Assembly (NCBI GenBank): GCA_963767735.1
Contig: CAVYES010000005.1
Location: forward strand, 512,001-576,000
Length of the DNA stretch: 64,000 nucleotides
Direction of reading: 5' to 3'
DNA from: Candidatus Bathyarchaeota archaeon
GTDB taxonomy: Archaea > Thermoproteota > Bathyarchaeia > Bathyarchaeales > Bathycorpusculaceae
Within the stretch, counting starts at the first letter, position 1; each line of letters starts with the position of its first letter. A model generated the notes under the pieces. The model searched no databases. It was not told the origin of the DNA and saw only the letters and a list, made by a program, of their open reading frames with translations. Of this stretch, positions 57,061 to 64,000 are shown one piece after another. The position numbers were made by a program, and so were the translations under genes.

Positions 57061-57532
57061 GAAAGTGGCGGTTGGCGGAACATTTGACAAGCTGCATAGA
57101 GGACACAAAGCCCTTCTGAGTAAAGCCTTTGAAATTGGCGAAAAAGTTGTGATTGGCTTATCTTCAGACGATTTTGTCTCAAAAATGGGTAAACCCCATA
57201 TAACTGCAACTTACGCCGAGAGATTGAAAGAATTACAAGTTTTCTTAGAAAAAAATGGCTTGCTTAAAAGGGCAGAAATCGTCGCACTAAAAGACCCTTA
57301 TGGTCTCACTATATCAGGTAAGGGATTAGACGCTTTAGTCGTTAGTAAAGAAACAGAATCAATAGCTGATAAAATAAACAAAATCCGAGTTGAAGCAGGG
57401 CTCCCAACATTAAAAATTATTACTATTGGCATGGTTCCGGCGGAAAACTGCAACCCAATCTCCACCACGCGGATTAGAAGTGGAGAAATCGACCGAAACG
57501 GTCACGTGCTCAAGAGCACGCAAAAAAAGTAA
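57047..57532 (+). CDS. coaD: Archaeal phosphopantetheine adenylyltransferase
   Basis: GGTFDKLHRGH, DPYG, LVVSKET, ISTTRIR. Confidence 0.93.
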   Translation: MKKYEKVAVGGTFDKLHRGHKALLSKAFEIGEKVVIGLSSDDFVSKMGKPHITATYAERLKELQVFLEKNGLLKRAEIVALKDPYGLTISGKGLDALVVSKETESIADKINKIRVEAGLPTLKIITIGMVPAENCNPISTTRIRSGEIDRNGHVLKSTQKK

Positions 57533-57541
57533 TGTTACTTG

Positions 57542-58471
57542 TTATAATATTTCTCCTACAACATTGATTGGTTTACTGATTGATGATTTTAAATCCTCAA
57601 GGTTCTCTTTGGCTACAGTTACGAGCACTACCGTGGCTGGACCAGCAGACTTGTTTAAATCAAGTTCTTTCACTTCAGCAAGTTTCAATTGTCTGCCAAC
57701 GGCATACGCCATCACCCTTGCCTCATCTGCAATGCCGAAAGAGCCGACTGCTGCGATGTCATGAACATACTTTCTCTGAGAAAGCTGAGTTATGCTTTTG
57801 AGGTCAGCAATTTCTCCTTTAGCTTCTGCCAAAATTACTTCGTCACCAACCTTAGGTTTGCCAATGGCAACTATTAAGTCGCCTGGGCTTGTTTTTCCAA
57901 GCCTTAACTCATCTTCGTTTGCAAAACCAATCACCGTCAAGCCGGCGCCAGTTTGAACTGTTTCAAAGTTGTCCTCAGTGTTTTCCATGAGTACTTGGTT
58001 AGGGTCAAGACCTATGCTTCTGGCTTCTCGTCGAATGCCTTCCGATATCTCATTGCCTGTTGGCTCCTTCTCTACGCCTAACGTGACTGATAAGAGAAGA
58101 GGAAACGCCCCTGTCGCTATCACATCCATTAAAGCAACCCTTGCCAGAAACTTTCCCAGCACCCGACCATCAACCTTGACTTTATCCATTATTTTTGGAC
58201 CTACCGCTCCAGACGAGGTTGACCCAGCCACAATAGCGTGGCCCGTGGGAACTTTCAGAATAGCAACATCTCCCCTTCGCGTATAAGATATCTGCGCAGG
58301 CTTCACTTGGAAAACTGTGGGACGCAACATTGTGCCAACGTTCTCTACAAGATGCAGATAAAGGGTTAACGCTTGACGCATAACCTCGGATCGGCTGAGA
58401 CTATGCTTTTTGGCAAGTTCATCTATTTCTGAAACCAGTTTGTCGGGTAAGCGAACGTTTACAATATCCAT
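57542..58471 (-). CDS. RHH domain fused to an alpha-ribazole kinase (CblS)/PurM-like domain
   Basis: IVNVRLP..SRSEVMRQAL, then GAVGPK..ARVALMD..GVEKEPTG..TEDNFETVQTG. Confidence 0.75.
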   Translation of the reverse strand: MDIVNVRLPDKLVSEIDELAKKHSLSRSEVMRQALTLYLHLVENVGTMLRPTVFQVKPAQISYTRRGDVAILKVPTGHAIVAGSTSSGAVGPKIMDKVKVDGRVLGKFLARVALMDVIATGAFPLLLSVTLGVEKEPTGNEISEGIRREARSIGLDPNQVLMENTEDNFETVQTGAGLTVIGFANEDELRLGKTSPGDLIVAIGKPKVGDEVILAEAKGEIADLKSITQLSQRKYVHDIAAVGSFGIADEARVMAYAVGRQLKLAEVKELDLNKSAGPATVVLVTVAKENLEDLKSSISKPINVVGEIL

Positions 58472-58681
58472 CTTTAACCACTTGTAATACGCAAGTTATA
58501 CGTTATACCTCTTATGCATTATCAAAAAAGTACCTATTTTCCCTCTTAACTGCATGCAGCACCGAAAATTAGGGATTTAAAAGTCGGTTTCCAACAAAAT
58601 TTAATTCTAAGCGAATTAGCGCAAGTGTTATATGCATCATCCAATCAAAATCATGATAATAAAAAACCGTGAGGCATAAAC

Positions 58682-59647
58682 TTGAACAAGAAAATTTTAG
58701 CTTTAGGTCTCCTTTTACTATTAACAACCATGTTCGTATCTTCAATTTCGATGTTACCTGTTAAAGCGCAAGATACGGGAATCGGTAGCTGGATAACTAG
58801 CTACCAAATCAGCGACTACAATACAGGTAAACTTCTCGCTAGCTACGATTCCACTACAAACACAACCCAGACTCTTTCATCGCCATCTCCGGGAGAAAGC
58901 CTTAAAGTAACTTTCACTGTCAACGTTTTCACCGGTGGTTCCGGCGATCTTTCGCTATCAACTAGCTTGCAATCATTGTTGCAAGGACAATTCTGGCAGC
59001 TCTCAACACAAAGCAGCTACAATTTAGGAAGCGACTTCAGTGCAAGTGCAAATCCAACACGGTTCACTTGGACAGAGGGAACTTTCACTATGACGGTTAT
59101 CGGGATAGTTCCAACGCCATCCTCTGATGTACAACAAGCGCCAGTTCATGTCGTTTCATTGTATGGTCCAGATGGCAGTTTACTTGCCCAAATCTCAATA
59201 ACCGCGGTCGGTTCACAAATGGCTGCTTTTCTGACATTGTATAGCCAAAAAAATTCGGAGTTAAATCGGCTTATATCCTCTGGAACTAATTCAGGATACA
59301 TTCAACTTTATACAAGTGTTCTTAATGAGTCTCAGAATGTTGCTAACGCAGGGGATGTTGCCGACGCTTCCGCAATGCTTAACGATTTGAATGGCGCTAA
59401 TGCTCCGCCAACCTCCGCATCGCAAGTACTGTTCATTCCACTAATTGTTGTCGTGGCGGTTATTGCAGCTGTTTTCGCGTTCTTGTTCATGAGGATAAGA
59501 GGTAAAGTCAGCTACTTCCAACTAGTTGTTGAAGATCAAATCAAGGATTTAGAGGGCTTGACGTTGAGAGCTTCAAAGATTGATAGAACAATGTCGTCCA
59601 ACTTGGAGTCGGTTAAAGATAGACTGAAAAGATTAGTCGGGATGTGA
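58682..59647 (+). CDS. Type I membrane protein: signal peptide, Ser/Thr-rich external domain, TM, cytoplasmic coiled tail
   Basis: MNKKILALG..VKA signal, TM LFIPLIVVVAVIAAVFAFLF, tail VVEDQIKDLEGL..LKRLVGM; overlaps the next start. Confidence 0.8.
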   Translation: MNKKILALGLLLLLTTMFVSSISMLPVKAQDTGIGSWITSYQISDYNTGKLLASYDSTTNTTQTLSSPSPGESLKVTFTVNVFTGGSGDLSLSTSLQSLLQGQFWQLSTQSSYNLGSDFSASANPTRFTWTEGTFTMTVIGIVPTPSSDVQQAPVHVVSLYGPDGSLLAQISITAVGSQMAAFLTLYSQKNSELNRLISSGTNSGYIQLYTSVLNESQNVANAGDVADASAMLNDLNGANAPPTSASQVLFIPLIVVVAVIAAVFAFLFMRIRGKVSYFQLVVEDQIKDLEGLTLRASKIDRTMSSNLESVKDRLKRLVGM

Positions 59648-62340
59648 CAACGACGAGAATCTACCAAAACAGTGTGCAGTTGATAGGACTCGGTTCAGCC
59701 GGAACAAACATTGTAGAAGCTTTTTTAAAAAGCAAAAAAACCAAGGAGCTGATGGGGAATGACCTTACAAGGCTTTCTCTTTTGGCAATCGACATCGCTG
59801 ACCCTGAAATCAGAGATTTACAAGAAACATATGAACAAATACAGAGGTCGATGGTAAAGGCAGGTATCCCAAGCGAAAGAATGCGCCTAATAGCCCAGTC
59901 GATAAAATTCCCAACTGCCGAAGCAATGTTTGACTTCATCAATCAAAAATACAACGAATACATTGTAGGCGAAGGAGCAAAACTTGAAAACTTTAGTCCA
60001 TGGCTGCAATCAACAATGGCTATCCCCCCTATGGCTGGCGGCGCAGGCAGAAGAAGAGCCTTAGCAAAAGCAATCTACGCCTTAAACTATTATCAACTTG
60101 GAATAGTTAGAAGCTGCATAAACTCATTCAAAGAACAAGCATTGTCATCAATAATTACGCCAACAGTGGTTTTGGTTTACGGATTAGGCGGTGGCACAGG
60201 AAGCGGTATATTCTTTGATTTCGCTAGGCACTTACGAAAGGTTTTAGGTTCAGGTGTACCGATCATAGCCTTCGTTGTAACTCCTTGTGGCGGGGATGAC
60301 CCACCGGCAAAAGGATGCTCCGCATTTGTTTCGATGAATGAACTTACGCTGTTGTTGAATAAAGATTACAACGACTACGTCATCCAAAACTATGGTGACT
60401 ACTACCGGAATCCTTTGAACGCTCTAATCTACCTGCCACTATTACCTGCCTTCTCAAAAGTAGGCAATATCGTAAATGCCCGAAGAGAACTGGACGACAT
60501 GGTTGTGGACATGCTTTATGTCTTAATGGACTTTGACTTGGCAGACCTTCTAGGCGGAATCGGCACAGAAGTCGGACTAACAAACAATTCAGCGCACACG
60601 TTAGGTATGGTTAAAGTGGTTTATCCTGTTGAAGAATACATCTCAGCTTATAAGTTGAATTTCGAAGGACTTGAACTTCTACAAGAGCTAAGAAAAGAAA
60701 AACTAGACGTTCTCGATGAAGTCAACAACATCATAAAAGTCGATTATGACGTAACAAGGGACCTTTTCAGAAATTATCTTATAAAAACAGGCACTTTTAA
60801 CGAAGAGCAGTTCGAGGAAAAGCTCAAGTCGGTCATTAACAGCAATCCACGGCTTGAAGACGACCGAGAATTACACGTTAAAGGCGTTGAGTTACAGGTT
60901 AAAAACTGGTTAAGCGAAATCATGAAGTTCCTGTCCACCATAAAGTTAATGGAAAAAGCAGGTCCAATAGAAGACGCCATAATAAACTTGACATTGCATA
61001 AAGATGGCTCAAGAAAACTAGATAACATCGAATCCCTACTTACTAACCTAACAAAGACACATTTAGACTTCTCTGAAAGAAAAGCAGTTATTTTAGATCG
61101 GCTCAAACAGTTGATCCCTAGCTCGCAGGTCTTTACCTTAAGGCAAAAGAAGATTTTGGAGGATTTAGTAAATCTCGCAGAGCTTGCCGAAAAAACCCTC
61201 AACATCCTGAAATTCTATGACGAAACCAGATACCTAACTGAGGCTTTAATAAGGTACTATGAGGTGCTTCCCGAATCTCAACGTGAACTAGAAGACTTAA
61301 AGGACATTCAATCAGAACTTGCAACAATCTACCTTGTAATTCAGATGATTCTTAGAACGCCGCAAGACGAGTCAAGAATGATCGATGAACACCTAACATA
61401 CATTGCCGAAATAATGGCCAACCGCATGAAGAAAAGAGGCAATTTCGACAACGAAGTCATGAGAGTGCAAGAGACAAAGAAACGGAAAGAATTTGATAAG
61501 GAAAAAATGGAGAGGCAGCTAAGAAAAACTTTCAGCTCAAAACGTTATGCCAGAGAACAACTTTTGGGGCTGGAGCGGGACCTGAAAAGGATAGAGGAAG
61601 AAGAATTTTATGCGATTGATAACCTGACCAAAGTTGACAGCACCATTAAACTTTACGAAAAATTGGCAAAAAGATTTGAACTTATTTCTGAATACCGCAA
61701 GAGACTAAATAAAATCGTAGATTTGCACAGGGAATATAAAGAAAAGATTGCTGACATCGTTTCGCCTAAGCAATACTTCGTGAAGTCAGCTGACCTCACT
61801 GAAAGCGAACAACTAAAGATAATCTTCAAGATACTCACTGAACAGGAAGAAAACCTCACAAGAGACGTAATATTCAAAGACATACTTGACAAAGACCACT
61901 TTAAGGATTACATGAAAAGTGTAATTAGGGCTTTCAAAACACCAAGCGTCATGGGCTACAAGCCAGTTTACAAAACAGATTATCTTTGGGTTACCGTTCA
62001 AGCACCTCCAAATCTATGGACAGAGGAAATGTCTCAGGAAATTTACGTTGCATTAGCAGGGTACGTTACCAGCGAAGTTTCAAGAACGATAACCGTTCGT
62101 GTAATTGACTCTCGTGATCCATGGGAAACAAGAGTACTGGTTCTGGGCGGCAGAGGAAAACCTGAAGACATGGAAGCCTACGACGAAATGCAGCTACTCT
62201 ACAACAAATCTAGTGATTTCGAAAGACACCTATCCAGATCTTACCTGCTTGAGCACGGAGTCGCCGCAACACAAATCATTAAAGACATAAACAACGGAAG
62301 AAACCACAACAACAGCGCTACCAATCAAAACAAAGAGTAA
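59644..62340 (+). CDS. Tubulin/FtsZ-superfamily GTPase with long coiled-coil insertion
   Basis: LIGLGSAG, GGAGRRRAL, GLGGGTGSG, DFDLAD; charged helical region at about aa 330-760. Confidence 0.88.
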   Translation: MTTTRIYQNSVQLIGLGSAGTNIVEAFLKSKKTKELMGNDLTRLSLLAIDIADPEIRDLQETYEQIQRSMVKAGIPSERMRLIAQSIKFPTAEAMFDFINQKYNEYIVGEGAKLENFSPWLQSTMAIPPMAGGAGRRRALAKAIYALNYYQLGIVRSCINSFKEQALSSIITPTVVLVYGLGGGTGSGIFFDFARHLRKVLGSGVPIIAFVVTPCGGDDPPAKGCSAFVSMNELTLLLNKDYNDYVIQNYGDYYRNPLNALIYLPLLPAFSKVGNIVNARRELDDMVVDMLYVLMDFDLADLLGGIGTEVGLTNNSAHTLGMVKVVYPVEEYISAYKLNFEGLELLQELRKEKLDVLDEVNNIIKVDYDVTRDLFRNYLIKTGTFNEEQFEEKLKSVINSNPRLEDDRELHVKGVELQVKNWLSEIMKFLSTIKLMEKAGPIEDAIINLTLHKDGSRKLDNIESLLTNLTKTHLDFSERKAVILDRLKQLIPSSQVFTLRQKKILEDLVNLAELAEKTLNILKFYDETRYLTEALIRYYEVLPESQRELEDLKDIQSELATIYLVIQMILRTPQDESRMIDEHLTYIAEIMANRMKKRGNFDNEVMRVQETKKRKEFDKEKMERQLRKTFSSKRYAREQLLGLERDLKRIEEEEFYAIDNLTKVDSTIKLYEKLAKRFELISEYRKRLNKIVDLHREYKEKIADIVSPKQYFVKSADLTESEQLKIIFKILTEQEENLTRDVIFKDILDKDHFKDYMKSVIRAFKTPSVMGYKPVYKTDYLWVTVQAPPNLWTEEMSQEIYVALAGYVTSEVSRTITVRVIDSRDPWETRVLVLGGRGKPEDMEAYDEMQLLYNKSSDFERHLSRSYLLEHGVAATQIIKDINNGRNHNNSATNQNKE

Positions 62341-62355
62341 ACATTAGGAAGGAGT

Positions 62356-63501
62356 TTACTGTTCCTTCTGTTCTTCCAAATTTTTCATCATAGCCTGCCA
62401 TTCTTCCTCTTTTATAAAACCTTTTTCAACGGCACGATTTTTCATGCTTTTAACTTTCTTATCTAAGTCAGTGAACATTTTGGCAGTTTCAAAACCGCCG
62501 ACAAATAAGATTATGTCTATTCGGTCACTTGAGTCTTCAGCGTAGATGGGTTCAGCTATGTAAATGGATTTGAGGTTAGCTTTTTCCTTAAACCAGCCTG
62601 CTGTTGCTAACTCGATTTTCCCTCTAGGAAGCTTATCTTTGAGGCTAGTTGGCATTCGGAGGAGAACATAAAGTAGCGAAGTGCTTGATAAATCAAAGGT
62701 TAAAAGGGGCTTAAGTAGCGTTGCGTTTAAAATGTTTTCTAAGGACCCGTAAATTTTGACGCTTGCACCAGTCGCTACTAGAACAGAATACATTTTGACG
62801 TTGAACGTTCTAGATAATTCTGATAATTCTTGGACAAGCGTTTCCTTAGCTAAAAACAGGTTTACCAGGTAATTGGCAACCGTGTTACCCTTTATGAGGA
62901 AGCCATTTCTATCGACTCCTTCATACCTTTCAAGTAGGTCTCTTTCCAAGAGCACAACAGTCGCATCATCGCTGGAGGCACACATTCCTAATGACGCAAG
63001 CGAGTTGAAGTATGCGTCTGTAGGCTGTATTTTTGAAGGCAATATAGCTAAGGATAATGAATTTATGTTTGAGGATTTGAGTTTTGACATCAGGGTGGGT
63101 AATGACGCGCTGCCTATTCCATCCCAAACTGATGCAACCACTATTGCACTGTGCAGTTTTTCTATGGGTTTTTTCTTTAACTCTTCGATTAACGTTTCGT
63201 CTTGTGAAACAAATGGTAATACATTATACCAGAAGTGAGTGTTGATGTTTGCGTCTTCGAAGCCTAAAACAAGATAGGGGTCAAATCCTTTTGGAACCCA
63301 TTTGAAGATGTCATCGCTTGATTTTCCAAGGAGAATCGCCAACATTTCGGTCGTTTTGTCAACATACGGTTCTTTTAACAATATCTTAATAGGATATTCG
63401 CCAATGCAAACCAAGGCTTGCTTAGGTAGCAATGGTTTTAAGGTTTCTATATGTTTCTTAATGCTCTCCAGAACGTTAAAAGCGCTATCTTCTTCTTCCA
63501 T
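62356..63501 (-). CDS. Degenerate FtsZ/CetZ-like protein
   Basis: VCIGEYP, VVASVWDGIGSA (in place of GGGTGSG), LAILP, YFNSL, VVLLERD, LYVLLRMP, IILFVGG follow the tubulin-fold order. Confidence 0.65.
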   Translation of the reverse strand: MEEEDSAFNVLESIKKHIETLKPLLPKQALVCIGEYPIKILLKEPYVDKTTEMLAILLGKSSDDIFKWVPKGFDPYLVLGFEDANINTHFWYNVLPFVSQDETLIEELKKKPIEKLHSAIVVASVWDGIGSASLPTLMSKLKSSNINSLSLAILPSKIQPTDAYFNSLASLGMCASSDDATVVLLERDLLERYEGVDRNGFLIKGNTVANYLVNLFLAKETLVQELSELSRTFNVKMYSVLVATGASVKIYGSLENILNATLLKPLLTFDLSSTSLLYVLLRMPTSLKDKLPRGKIELATAGWFKEKANLKSIYIAEPIYAEDSSDRIDIILFVGGFETAKMFTDLDKKVKSMKNRAVEKGFIKEEEWQAMMKNLEEQKEQ

Positions 63502-63561
63502 CAGAGGTACCTACATAACCTTTAAGAAGAGTTAGTTAAAATAAGGCTTTAGGTAAATTGC

Positions 63562-64000
63562 TTGACTACGCCTGCCCCAAAAAAAACTGGCCCAACATCT
63601 TGGTTCAAAACCCAGATCAAGAAGCGAAAGGATAAGGAAGACGCAGGAACGCAGTCTTGAGTCGCAACCGCTGAAAATAATTACTTTTGTGGTAACGCTT
63701 GTCGCTATGGCGTTGGGGATGTCTTTTCTGCCTCTTTTTCCCCAGCCATTGCCCATCATACTTGCAGTTTTGGTGGCGTTTTTAACTTTTCAATACCCAA
63801 TGTATGGAATGCCCATCGGCGGAGCCATTATTGGCATCGGTTTGATGTATCATTTATCCGAATTGTACTTTATTTCCTTTCTCGGGGCCACAATAGTTCG
63901 CGTCGCGGTACTTGTTGTCTGGATGACCTTGTTTGTTGGGTTACCCGTAATTTTTCACCGCTACAAGAGCACTCTTGCTATTGATTTCGGCTTATTGGCG
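63562..64000 (+). CDS. Multi-pass membrane protein, partial (runs off the window; probable frameshift near 63640)
   Basis: Open hydrophobic frame LKIITFVVTLVAMALGMSFLPLFPQPLPIILAVLVAF... to the window end. Confidence 0.6.

Overview
Archaeal chromosomal segment. The 16S rRNA, rpl37e/LSm and gene content point to Bathyarchaeia or another TACK archaeon (inferred, not searched). In order, it holds: a pst phosphate-uptake operon with a divergent AbrB-PhoU regulator; a stand-alone 16S rRNA gene; glgB/pfk; a Cys/Met biosynthesis cluster sharing a TATAAC-N3-GTTATA operator; a micro-ORF-rich accessory stretch; a heme-copper oxidase/cupredoxin/metal-uptake island; a VapBC pair; CoA genes; and a locus with two divergent tubulin/FtsZ-superfamily proteins. 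About ten single-base frameshifts in otherwise intact genes suggest sequencing error. Three signals stand out. (1) A dispersed intergenic element: a conserved ~57-bp core preceded by a locus-specific 10-bp-period tandem array in phase with the core edge (6 full copies and 2 partial copies at 3 loci). (2) An 898-aa FtsZ/tubulin-like GTPase with a ~430-aa coiled-coil insertion, a membrane-anchored partner and a degenerate FtsZ-like neighbour. (3) An atypical A-type oxygen reductase module in a lineage usually regarded as anaerobic. I saw no CRISPR array, tRNA or transposase.
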